Both the position numbers and the translations under genes were made by a program. DNA of 64,000 bases, taken from assembly GCA_036517395.1 (NCBI GenBank), contig DATDWN010000013.1, positions 2,191 through 66,190 on the forward strand, given 5' to 3'. Below the pieces are notes generated by a model. It was not told where the DNA came from. It was given only the letters and a program-made list of their open reading frames with translations, and did no database searches. Positions 39,073 through 47,340 of the stretch are shown piece by piece (the stretch's first letter is position 1; every line of letters starts with the position of its first letter). This DNA is from Minisyncoccota bacterium (GTDB taxonomy: Bacteria; Patescibacteriota; Minisyncoccia; Phycocordibacterales; DATDWN01).

Positions 39073-39360
39073 CTAGGTCGGGATTTTTTGTTGTTCCATA
39101 TATTTTATCCATTGATTTGTCATCTTCGATGTTTCTATGACAAGCCCTTCTATTCTTATGTACGCTTTCTCCTCGATGATTTTCAGTTCATGTTCCATGC
39201 GGACAAAATTCTTTAGGATTTCCAAAAGTATTCGAGCCTTTTCTAAAGTTTCCAGCTTATTATTTTTGTGAGAGTAGTAAGCTTTTATAAGCAAGTACAT
39301 TATTTCTTGGGCCGTCCCTTCGATGTATGCATGAATTCCAAGTTTGTCAGATTTCGGCAA
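39073..39360 (-). CDS. Avd-like small helical accessory protein of the DGR (four-helix-bundle family), divergently oriented to the RT
   Basis: 95 aa, predicted all-helical and charged. It sits between the TR and the RT. The assignment rests on position and composition. Confidence 0.4.
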   Translation of the reverse strand: MPKSDKLGIHAYIEGTAQEIMYLLIKAYYSHKNNKLETLEKARILLEILKNFVRMEHELKIIEEKAYIRIEGLVIETSKMTNQWIKYMEQQKIPT

Positions 39361-39434
39361 TTTCTTTCCTGTCTGGTATATGACAATGTATACTTGTTTA
39401 ATACTATGAATAATAGAAATATCGCTGTTGTTGC

Positions 39435-39443
39435 GGGGGGGGG
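39435..39443. repeat. Homopolymeric G9 tract in the avd–RT divergent intergenic region
   Basis: ttgcgggggggggagc. Confidence 0.6.
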
Positions 39444-39458
39444 AGCACTATTGGAAAT

Positions 39459-40457
39459 TTGTTTCATAATATTGTCAGTCTATCAAATTTGCTCCACGCA
39501 TGGGAAGAGTTCAAAAGAGGAAAGTCAAAGAAAAAAGATGTCGCTCTCTTTGAGCTTAATCTCGAGGATAATATTTTTGAGTTACACAGAAGCCTAGTCT
39601 CTAAAGCATATCAGCACACGGAGTATGAGGCTTTTTATATTAGTGATCCAAAACTAAGGAATATACACAAGGCATCTGTGCGTGATCGTGTTGTTCATCA
39701 AGCTGTATATAGAATTTTGTGCCAGATTTTTGATAAACATTTTATATATGATTCTTACTCATCGCGAAAATCGCGGGGAACACATTTGGGTGTAAGGCGT
39801 TCTTATAAGGCTTGTCGTAAAGTAAGTAAAAATTGGAGAAGAAAAATCTACATACTGAAATGCGATGTCAGAAAATTCTTTGATTCAATGGATCACTCTA
39901 TTCTGCGTGTTCTTATTGAGAAAAAAGTATTATGTTTGGAGACAATGAGGCTGGTCGATTTGGTTTTGGAGAGTTTCAAGAAAGAAACGGGAAAGGGTCT
40001 GCCACTAGGCAATGTTACAAGCCAACTTTTTGCCAATATTTACCTCGATCAATTTGACCAGTTTGTGAAGCATGGCCTTAAAATGAGGTATTATTTCAGA
40101 TATTGCGACGATTTTATTATTATTTCTGAAAATAAACAGTTTTTATCTGAACTTGTGGATAAGATTAAAATATTTCTGGATCAAAATCTGCTACTCAAAC
40201 TTCATCCTGATAAAGTTGAGATCAGAAGCATGAGGCAGGGAATAGATTTTCTCGGTTATGTGTGTCTGCCGAACATGATTGTATTGAGGACCAAGACAAA
40301 AAAAAGAATTATAAAAAAGATAAAGATAATGTTTGGAAAATTAAAAGCGGGAGAGATTTCACTTACCACATTCAAAAACACTCTAATGTCTTATCTAGGC
40401 GTCGTATCTCACTGTTGTAGTAGGGAAATAGAATTTTACATAAAACGCTTTTTATAA
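39459..40457 (+). CDS. Reverse transcriptase, DGR type
   Basis: RT motif 4 reads LPLGNVTSQLFANIYL (the SQ variant typical of DGR RTs). Motif 5 reads RYCDDFII (YxDD). It is adjacent to the TR/VR pair. Confidence 0.8.
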   Translation: MFHNIVSLSNLLHAWEEFKRGKSKKKDVALFELNLEDNIFELHRSLVSKAYQHTEYEAFYISDPKLRNIHKASVRDRVVHQAVYRILCQIFDKHFIYDSYSSRKSRGTHLGVRRSYKACRKVSKNWRRKIYILKCDVRKFFDSMDHSILRVLIEKKVLCLETMRLVDLVLESFKKETGKGLPLGNVTSQLFANIYLDQFDQFVKHGLKMRYYFRYCDDFIIISENKQFLSELVDKIKIFLDQNLLLKLHPDKVEIRSMRQGIDFLGYVCLPNMIVLRTKTKKRIIKKIKIMFGKLKAGEISLTTFKNTLMSYLGVVSHCCSREIEFYIKRFL

Positions 40458-40542
40458 AAAGTTATCCACACTTTTTATAAAAATCCAACTTGATTTTATT
40501 TTTTTGTACTATAATTAACGCAGGTCGGAAACAAAAAAATAA

Positions 40543-40681
40543 ATCCGCACACCAACTTTGATCTCGTTGCATTTGTCTCAAAGTTTAGTTGTACATCTTG
40601 AATTTAGATATAACTTCTAAATTTTGTTTGACTGTTTATGTGGCAACAGGGAGACAAGACCAAAGTTGGTGTTCGGATAAA
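40543..40681 (+). repeat. Inverted-repeat element family 1, copy 5 (100-nt spacer; arms extended by gcaacagggagac)
   Basis: atccgcacaccaactttg…ctcgttgc … gcaacagggagacaagaccaaagttggtgttcggataaa. Confidence 0.7.
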
Positions 40682-40744
40682 GTATACTTTATTAAAAAAT
40701 AATTTAGTTGAATACTTGTCACAGAGTAGTCAACAATAAATATC

Positions 40745-40786
40745 ATGGCAGCAAAAAAGAAGAAGAAAGCAAAGAAGCGAGCATAG
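40745..40786 (+). CDS. Mini-ORF encoding MAAKKKKKAKKRA, between two family-1 elements
   Basis: An ATG…TAG read directly. Coding status is unproven. Confidence 0.15.
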   Translation: MAAKKKKKAKKRA

Positions 40787-40855
40787 TCCCGTAGTAGAGC
40801 GAAGCTCACTACAGGATTGCATCTCTGCTTTTCTAAAAAATCAATTTGATTTTTC

Positions 40856-40879
40856 AAAAATCCGCACGTGCGGATTTTT
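40856..40879. repeat. Perfect palindrome AAAAATCCGCAC|GTGCGGATTTTT, made of two abutting family-1 core half-sites
   Basis: Read directly. Confidence 0.8.
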
Positions 40880-40885
40880 GTTTTT

Positions 40886-41020
40886 ATCCGCACACTAATT
40901 TTGGCATCGTCTCCCTGTTGCTATATAGAGGGGCTGCAAAAGTATCAGATTGTATCTAAATGTGGCTGTATATCTAGAATTTGAGACTAGATGCAACTAT
41001 GCCAAATTTAGTGTGCGGAT
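40886..41020 (+). repeat. Inverted-repeat element family 1, copy 6 (91-nt spacer), 40 nt upstream of secA
   Basis: atccgcacactaattttggcat…gtctccctgttgc … atgccaaatttagtgtgcggat. Confidence 0.8.
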
Positions 41021-41060
41021 GAATGTTAAAATCAGCATTTTATGCTAAAATGAGTCACAT

Positions 41061-43592
41061 ATGGCAATTTTAGATAAGCTATTCGGCTCAGAATCCTCAA
41101 GGACTTTGAAGGAAATACAGCCCCTAGTTGATAAAATTAACGCTCTGGAGAGCGGTATTTCCGTGCTGTCTGATGCAGAACTGAAAGCTAAAACCCCTGA
41201 ATTCAAAAAACGTCTCGTACAAGGTGAGACCTTGGATGATTTATTGCCTGAGGCCTTTGCTGTAGTGCGCGAGGCCAGTAAGAGATGTCACGACGAGAGA
41301 CATTTCGATGTTCAACTTATGGGTGGCATCGTTTTACATCATGGAAGTATTGCCGAAATGCGAACAGGAGAAGGAAAAACTCTTATTGCTACTTTGCCGG
41401 CCTATCTTAACTCTCTTGCTGGACTCGGTATTCATGTGGTTACAGTAAACGATTATCTTTCACGTCGTGACGCGGTTTGGATGGGAGAGATTTATGATTT
41501 TCTTGGAGTTTCTGTTGGAGTAATAAACAACGCCGAATCTTTTATATATGACCCAACACATAAAGAGCTAGATGAAAAAAGAGACGAAGTAGCTTCTTTC
41601 AAAGTTGTGACAGAGTTTCTTCGTCCGTGCACAAGACGCGAGGCTTATCACGCCGATATAACATATGGAACGAACAATGAATACGGTTTTGATTATTTGA
41701 GGGATAACATCGAGTATGAAGAAAAAAATCTGCGTCAGAGAGAACCAAATTACGCTATTGTTGACGAGGTCGACTCTATTCTTATTGACGAGGCTCGTAC
41801 ACCTCTCATTATTTCTACGCCGACAATTGATTCTGACGAGATGTACAAAAAATTTGCCGATATATCGTCAAAACTGGAGACGGGTGAACATTATGCTGTT
41901 GATGAAAAGTTCAAAACAATATCGCTCACTGATTCTGGCATCACCAAAGCCGAGGAACTTCTCGGTGTTGAAAATATATACACCGAAAAAGGTATAAAAT
42001 ACGTGCATCATCTGGAAACAGCCGTTCGTGCGACGGCCCTTTTTCACAAAGACAAAGACTATGTGGTCAAGGATGGTGAGGTGGTGATAGTTGATGAGTT
42101 CACCGGCCGCTTGCAACCAGGAAGACGATGGTCAGAGGGCTTGCATCAGGCCATAGAAGCCAAAGAACACGTGGTAATCCAGAAGGAATCCAGAACTTTT
42201 GCTTCTATAACATTTCAGAACTATTTTCGGCTTTACAAAAAGCTTTCGGGCATGACTGGAACTGCGGTTACTTCATCGGAAGAGTTTTATAAAGTTTACG
42301 GTCTTCATGTTATTTCCATACCGACAAACAAACCAAATGCAAGGACTGATCGCAATGATCTTATTTTTCAAACAGAGTCGGGTAAGTTCAAGGCTATAAG
42401 CAAAGAAGTTAAAGAAAGACATGAAAAAGGCCAACCAGTTCTCATCGGTACGGTATCGATTGAGAAAAACGAGATGCTTTCAGAATATTTAAAAGCTGAG
42501 GGCATACCTCATGAAATTTTGAACGCTAAAAACCATGGAAGAGAGGCGGAAATTCTAGCTCAAGCGGGAAAACCAAAGTCTGTAACAGTTGCTACAAACA
42601 TGGCTGGTCGAGGAATTGATATAAAACTGGGAGGAAATCCCGGGTCGCTCGAGGCATATGAGGAGGTCAAATCAAAAGGCGGGCTTTTTGTTCTAGGTAC
42701 CGAGCGTCATGATGCGAGGCGTATAGACAATCAGCTCCGAGGTCGCTCCGGTAGACAGGGCGATTCCGGCGAGACGCAGTTTTTCGTTTCTCTGGATGAC
42801 CATTTGATGCGAGTTTTTGGCGGGGACTCCATAAAAAACATGATGGGTAAGCTCGGCATTGGGGAAGATGAGGCCATTGAAAACAAAATGATTACGCGGT
42901 CGCTCGAAAGCGCACAAGAGAAAATCGAAGGTTTCAACTTTGACGCACGAAAACATGTTTTGGAGTTTGACGATGTCCTGAATTTTCAGAGAAAGATTTT
43001 TTACGGCAGAAGAAGAGAAATTCTTCTGGGTAATGTCGAGATTGTTAAAAACTACATCAGAGAATTGTTGGTGGATGTAGATGAAAAAGAAAGGGAAGCA
43101 ATAGAAAAAAAACTCGAAAACAAAGACCCGCAGTATAGCGAGGCTTTGCGTCGAGTCATTCTACAAGTGATGGATATGTTTTGGGTTGAGCATTTGGAAG
43201 TGATGGATTATATGCGCTCTTCTGTTAACCTTCGCGCCTACGGTCAGAGAGACCCGCTTGTTGAATACAAACGCGAAGGACTGTCGCTTTTCAAAAATAT
43301 GGAAATTTCCATCGGCCAAGAAATTTTGAAACTTATTCCCCAAATAGTGCCTGAGATTAAGTTATCCAATGAACAGGTTAAGTTTGTGGAAGGAATGGAA
43401 GGAGCAAGTGCCCCAATTTCTCTTTCCACACCAAAAACTCCAGATGGACACCCCAGTACCAGAGCAAAGCTCGGTACGGGGCAAGGAAAAATTGGTCGTA
43501 ACGATCCCTGCTTCTGTGGAAGCGGTAAAAAGTTCAAAAAATGTGGGGAATTGAAAACCGAGGAACATCAGAAGATGATGAAAAATAAGTAG
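41061..43592 (+). CDS. secA: Preprotein translocase ATPase SecA
   Basis: …AEMRTGEGKTLIATLPAYLNSL…, DEAD-like motor motifs, and a C-terminal zinc finger KIGRNDPCFCGSGKKFKKCGE. Confidence 0.9.
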   Translation: MAILDKLFGSESSRTLKEIQPLVDKINALESGISVLSDAELKAKTPEFKKRLVQGETLDDLLPEAFAVVREASKRCHDERHFDVQLMGGIVLHHGSIAEMRTGEGKTLIATLPAYLNSLAGLGIHVVTVNDYLSRRDAVWMGEIYDFLGVSVGVINNAESFIYDPTHKELDEKRDEVASFKVVTEFLRPCTRREAYHADITYGTNNEYGFDYLRDNIEYEEKNLRQREPNYAIVDEVDSILIDEARTPLIISTPTIDSDEMYKKFADISSKLETGEHYAVDEKFKTISLTDSGITKAEELLGVENIYTEKGIKYVHHLETAVRATALFHKDKDYVVKDGEVVIVDEFTGRLQPGRRWSEGLHQAIEAKEHVVIQKESRTFASITFQNYFRLYKKLSGMTGTAVTSSEEFYKVYGLHVISIPTNKPNARTDRNDLIFQTESGKFKAISKEVKERHEKGQPVLIGTVSIEKNEMLSEYLKAEGIPHEILNAKNHGREAEILAQAGKPKSVTVATNMAGRGIDIKLGGNPGSLEAYEEVKSKGGLFVLGTERHDARRIDNQLRGRSGRQGDSGETQFFVSLDDHLMRVFGGDSIKNMMGKLGIGEDEAIENKMITRSLESAQEKIEGFNFDARKHVLEFDDVLNFQRKIFYGRRREILLGNVEIVKNYIRELLVDVDEKEREAIEKKLENKDPQYSEALRRVILQVMDMFWVEHLEVMDYMRSSVNLRAYGQRDPLVEYKREGLSLFKNMEISIGQEILKLIPQIVPEIKLSNEQVKFVEGMEGASAPISLSTPKTPDGHPSTRAKLGTGQGKIGRNDPCFCGSGKKFKKCGELKTEEHQKMMKNK
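43452..43482. repeat. Family-3 palindromic hairpin element inside the secA coding sequence, in frame (encodes …STRAKLGTGQ…)
   Basis: ccccagtaccagagcaaagctcggtacgggg. It lies in the linker preceding the zinc-finger tail. Confidence 0.6.
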
Positions 43593-43687
43593 ATTTAAGT
43601 GACAGAATAAAATTTATTGACACAGAACTTAAAATATCATAGAGTTAGGAAGGACATCAAACCCATAAATAAAGACTGGAGGCAGGG

Positions 43688-44257
43688 ATGGGACAGATAA
43701 TGTTCACCCTGCCGGCCGGCAGGGAGTTTGAGAGAACGTTTTTCGGTCTTCCCGTGAGCTGGGTTCCTTCCTACTGGGCTCCACGACTTGGGTTTGATGC
43801 TGCTATCCAGCAGGTCATCCAAGACAACTGGGCTCAGTTCGCTGAGGCTCAAAGGTTGGGGGCCTCGTACGTGCACAACCCGATTGAGCCCGAGATGGGC
43901 AGGACGCCGGATGTCTGGAGCATGGTAAAGGGGTATCTTCCAGAAGAGGTTGATGGCCGAAACCCGCCACTTGGCCTTTACGTGGCACTTGGTAGTTCCC
44001 TCGACCTGCACTATGGGGTCGATGCTTTCTTCTGGTGGGATGGTTGCTGTGCAACAGTTGACCTCTCTCTTCAGGAGAAGACCAAGGGGGCTCAGAATCC
44101 CAAGATGGTCCTTCATGCAGATATGCTGATTGGGCTGTCGATTTTACGCCGTGGTGGTCTAAACTGGTTCGGACGACGCATGGCCAGACTATTGATACAC
44201 CGACGGGAAGTGCTCGTCGGGACAGGAAGTAGGATTGGCAAAGTTCGTTGGGTGTGA
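43688..44257 (+). CDS. Hypothetical protein encoded on a GC-rich island (~57% GC) with its own TTGACA-17-TAGAGT promoter and strong SD
   Basis: Composition contrasts with flanking genes. SD ggaggcagggATG. A terminal hairpin lies at 44257-44295. Confidence 0.4.
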   Translation: MGQIMFTLPAGREFERTFFGLPVSWVPSYWAPRLGFDAAIQQVIQDNWAQFAEAQRLGASYVHNPIEPEMGRTPDVWSMVKGYLPEEVDGRNPPLGLYVALGSSLDLHYGVDAFFWWDGCCATVDLSLQEKTKGAQNPKMVLHADMLIGLSILRRGGLNWFGRRMARLLIHRREVLVGTGSRIGKVRWV

Positions 44258-44336
44258 TCCGGGCAGACTTAAACCGTCTGGCCCGGATTTCCGTATTAGC
44301 TGGAACTCGTCTTTATTTTGTGGTATTCTTTTTCAT

Positions 44337-44732
44337 ATGAAAAAATACATTTATATTTTAATAAGTCTACTTGTTCTTGCTGGAGTCGTTTGGCTTATTA
44401 TGACGCCGGGGAAGCCAAGTAAACTGGATGATTTTGCAAAATGTTTGAAAGATAAAGGAGCAATATTTTACGGAGCGTTTTGGTGTCCGCATTGCCAAGC
44501 TCAAAAAGCTCGTTTCGGAAAGTCGGCACAGTACTTGCCATATGTTGAGTGTTCAACTCCTGATTCCCAAGGACAGTTGCAGGTTTGTAAAGACGCCGGG
44601 ATTACAACATATCCAACATGGCAGTTTGGAACGACAACGGATTCGACGGGCTCACCGCAGATCGATCGTCTAACTGGTGAGGTGGAGCTTTCGGAACTTG
44701 CAGAGAAAACCAGTTGCGTTTTGCCTAAATAG
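44337..44732 (+). CDS. Thioredoxin-fold thiol-disulfide oxidoreductase (DsbA/BdbD-like) with an N-terminal TM anchor
   Basis: FYGAFWCPHCQAQK (CxxC). It is paired with a DsbB-like gene. Confidence 0.55.
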   Translation: MKKYIYILISLLVLAGVVWLIMTPGKPSKLDDFAKCLKDKGAIFYGAFWCPHCQAQKARFGKSAQYLPYVECSTPDSQGQLQVCKDAGITTYPTWQFGTTTDSTGSPQIDRLTGEVELSELAEKTSCVLPK

Positions 44733-44776
44733 TTTAATAAGTTCGACAAGATAAATAAGTTAAATAAGGAAATTCA

Positions 44777-45343
44777 ATGATTCAATTTGTTCAAACAAAT
44801 GCCACGCCGATTATCGGGACTTTGACACTTTTGTCGAATATTATATTTGTTGTGGTTCTTCTCGCCATAGTAGTTCACTCCGGCTCTCGGGCAAAGTTTT
44901 ATGCTTTTGTTCACAAATATATTCTTGAGTTGCTTTTCTGGGGTGTGATGTCGGCTGTGGTTGGCAGTTTGGTTTACTCGGATATTGTCGGCTTTCCTCC
45001 TTGTGATTTGTGTTGGTGGCAGAGGATTTTTATGTATCCACAAGTCATAATCCTTCTCGTGGCCATGATTAGGCGCGACAAAAGCGTTATTGATTATCTT
45101 GTTCCTCTCTCGGTTCTTGGCGCTCTAGTCGCTCTTTTTCAGTCATTTGTTCAATGGGGATTTTCTTTTGGTCTTGCCGGTGGTTGCGCGGCTGCCGGAG
45201 GAGAATGCGCCAAAGTATTCTTTACCCAGTATTCCTATATCACCATACCCTTCATGTCATTCACGGTTTTCTTATATATAATCGCTTTGAAATTTGTTTA
45301 CTACCACAAAGAAAGACATATAAAAAGAGGGAATAATGGATAA
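44777..45343 (+). CDS. Disulfide bond formation protein B (DsbB/BdbC family)
   Basis: PPCDLCWWQRIFMYP plus a second Cys pair GGCAAAGGEC. Confidence 0.6.
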   Translation: MIQFVQTNATPIIGTLTLLSNIIFVVVLLAIVVHSGSRAKFYAFVHKYILELLFWGVMSAVVGSLVYSDIVGFPPCDLCWWQRIFMYPQVIILLVAMIRRDKSVIDYLVPLSVLGALVALFQSFVQWGFSFGLAGGCAAAGGECAKVFFTQYSYITIPFMSFTVFLYIIALKFVYYHKERHIKRGNNG

Positions 45344-46232
45344 TGATAATAAGACCAGGATAGTTACACATAGCTCTGGATTTCACACAGATGATGTTTT
45401 TGCCGTAGCCACATTACTTCTGGTAGTAGGAGAAGAAAAAGAAGTCGAGATTATTCGCTCCCGTGAAAAAGAGGTTCATAAAACTGCTGATTATGTAGTT
45501 GATACTGGAAATGAATATGATCCAGATAGAAACCGTTTTGATCATCATCAAGAAGGAGGGGCAGGCAAGAGAGAAAATGGTGTGCCTTATGCTTCCTTTG
45601 GTCTTGTCTGGAAGAAATTTGGCCAGGAATTGACTGGGAGTAAAAAGGGGTTGGAAATGATTGATCAAATGATAGTACAGCCGATAGATGCAGGTGATAA
45701 TGGACTGAGATTCCTCCAGACCACAATTCCAAATCTCTATCCTTTTGACATAGGAAGACTTGTATTTCTTTTTGCTCCAACATGGAAAGAGGAAACTAGC
45801 ATCGACGAGGTGTTTATTAAACTTGTCTCATATGCCAAAGTAATCATTTCACGCCTTATTGTTTCAGTGAAAGATGACATAGAAGCTGAAAAACTTGTGT
45901 TGGATTGTTATAATACCGCTCCGGACAAGAGACTTATTTTATTAAATGAGAGATATCCTTGGGAGGAAGTTTTATCACAGTTTCCTCTACCGCTTTTTGT
46001 TGTTTATAAAAATCAGCAGGGTCAGTGGTCAATAAAGACAATACGTGATGATATGTTTTCATATGAACCAAGAAAAAAACTACCCGAAAGCTGGGCCGGT
46101 AAAAGAATGGAAGAATTAGAAAAAGTCACAGGGGTTAAAGATGCGGTGTTTTGCCACAATGCCCGCTTTATGGCGGTGGCTAAAACAAAAGAGGCAGTAT
46201 TGAAACTAGCTGAAATAGCCCTCAACTCCTAA
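45336..46232 (+). CDS. MYG1/UPF0160-family metal-dependent hydrolase
   Basis: N-terminal VTHSSGFHTDDVFAV. Confidence 0.55.
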   Translation: MDNDNKTRIVTHSSGFHTDDVFAVATLLLVVGEEKEVEIIRSREKEVHKTADYVVDTGNEYDPDRNRFDHHQEGGAGKRENGVPYASFGLVWKKFGQELTGSKKGLEMIDQMIVQPIDAGDNGLRFLQTTIPNLYPFDIGRLVFLFAPTWKEETSIDEVFIKLVSYAKVIISRLIVSVKDDIEAEKLVLDCYNTAPDKRLILLNERYPWEEVLSQFPLPLFVVYKNQQGQWSIKTIRDDMFSYEPRKKLPESWAGKRMEELEKVTGVKDAVFCHNARFMAVAKTKEAVLKLAEIALNS

Positions 46233-46482
46233 CTTTTCCACACAGCGTGAGATCTGTTGACACTAAGTGTCAGCAGATTAGGAGAATAAGCCGGGGAGGT
46301 AGAGAACCACCATACTTATTATCATAAGTACACAGATGATGGTCCATACCACTTGGAGTTTCTTTTTGTTCTTTTTCTGGAATAACATGATAAGATAGTA
46401 GAAAGTGTGAAAGAAGAAAGTAAAAAGTGAAAACATTTGAATAAACTTTCACACTTTATACTTTTAACTTTCAAACTTAATC

Positions 46483-46860
46483 ATGATTGATTTTCAGCAA
46501 AAACGCAAGATTCGTTCTGTGGCTTACCATCGCGTCACTTTAGGAATACTTTTTATTTTGGTTTTGATTTTTGCTCACTCGGTTTGGAAAGTTTATCAGA
46601 AAAAACGCGAGAGCGAAAATATGAAAAACATATCTCTGAAAGCGACGGAGGAACTGAGGCGACGAGATCAGGACCTCAAGTTAAAGATTGATAGATTGGG
46701 GACTGAAGCTGGGGTTGAGGAGGAGATTAGGTCCAAGTTTAACGTAGTAAAGAGTGACGAAAACATGGTTGTTGTGGTTGAAGATCAAAGTCAAACAGAG
46801 GCGACTTCTAGTTCACAAGCCACTTTTTGGCAGAAAATCTGGGATTTTCTTGTGAGGTGA
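46483..46860 (+). CDS. FtsB/DivIC-like septum formation initiator (single TM plus coiled coil)
   Basis: TM anchor, coiled-coil segment, and C-terminal EEEIRSKFNVVKSDENMVVV. Confidence 0.45.
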   Translation: MIDFQQKRKIRSVAYHRVTLGILFILVLIFAHSVWKVYQKKRESENMKNISLKATEELRRRDQDLKLKIDRLGTEAGVEEEIRSKFNVVKSDENMVVVVEDQSQTEATSSSQATFWQKIWDFLVR

Positions 46861-46905
46861 AGTCTGGTATACTTGTTTGAAATATAAATAAAAAATAACA
46901 ACAAT

Positions 46906-47145
46906 ATGAACAAAAAAGTAACAATATATTCAACGCCAACATGTCATTTTTGCAACATGGCAAAAGATTATTTCAAGGAAAACAATGTAGAGTACACGGC
47001 TTTTGACGTCTCGGTCGATCAGGATAAGAGGAAGGAAATGATGGAAAAATCAGGCCAGCTTGGCGTGCCTGTCATTATCATAGGCGACAAAATTATCATA
47101 GGTTTCAATAAACCAAAAATTGCAGAGCTTTTGGATATAAAGTAG
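46906..47145 (+). CDS. Glutaredoxin-like protein (NrdH/YruB type)
   Basis: IYSTPTCHFCNMAKDYF…GVPVIIIG. Confidence 0.6.
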   Translation: MNKKVTIYSTPTCHFCNMAKDYFKENNVEYTAFDVSVDQDKRKEMMEKSGQLGVPVIIIGDKIIIGFNKPKIAELLDIK

Positions 47146-47233
47146 AAATATTTGAACGCTAGTACAAGGTGAGACCTTGTACTGTTAAGGATGTTTCTCG
47201 GAGATATAATTCAGAAAGTTCCGAAAATAAGTT

Positions 47234-47305
47234 GCCGTCGTAGCTCAACGGATAGAGCAAATTCGTCCTAAGAATGAGATAGAGGTTCAATTCCTCTCGA
47301 TGGCA
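47234..47305 (+). tRNA. tRNA-Arg (anticodon CCT)
   Basis: Manual fold: acceptor gccgtcg/cgatggc, anticodon loop gtCCTaa, T-arm agagg-ttcaatt-cctct. Confidence 0.7.
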
Positions 47306-47340
47306 CACAATTTTGATTTTTTGAGCAAATTTGCTACTAT

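Noticed and set aside
39268-39597. 109-aa plus-strand ORF crossing the avd–RT intergenic region and the G9 tract
   Set aside because: It overlaps the avd-like gene antisense and the RT start in another frame, and has no motifs.
40745-40786. The lysine-rich mini-ORF, checked as a ribosomal protein gene
   Set aside because: At 13 codons it is too short for any known ribosomal protein. It is kept only as a low-confidence leader-peptide candidate.
41218-47183. 17-nt identity (tacaaggtgagaccttg) between the secA coding sequence (41218-41238) and the terminator hairpin after the glutaredoxin gene (47161-47183)
   Set aside because: The secA copy encodes conserved native residues (RLVQGETLDD aligns with E. 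coli SecA). The match is probably coincidental or a small gene-conversion, not an insertion.
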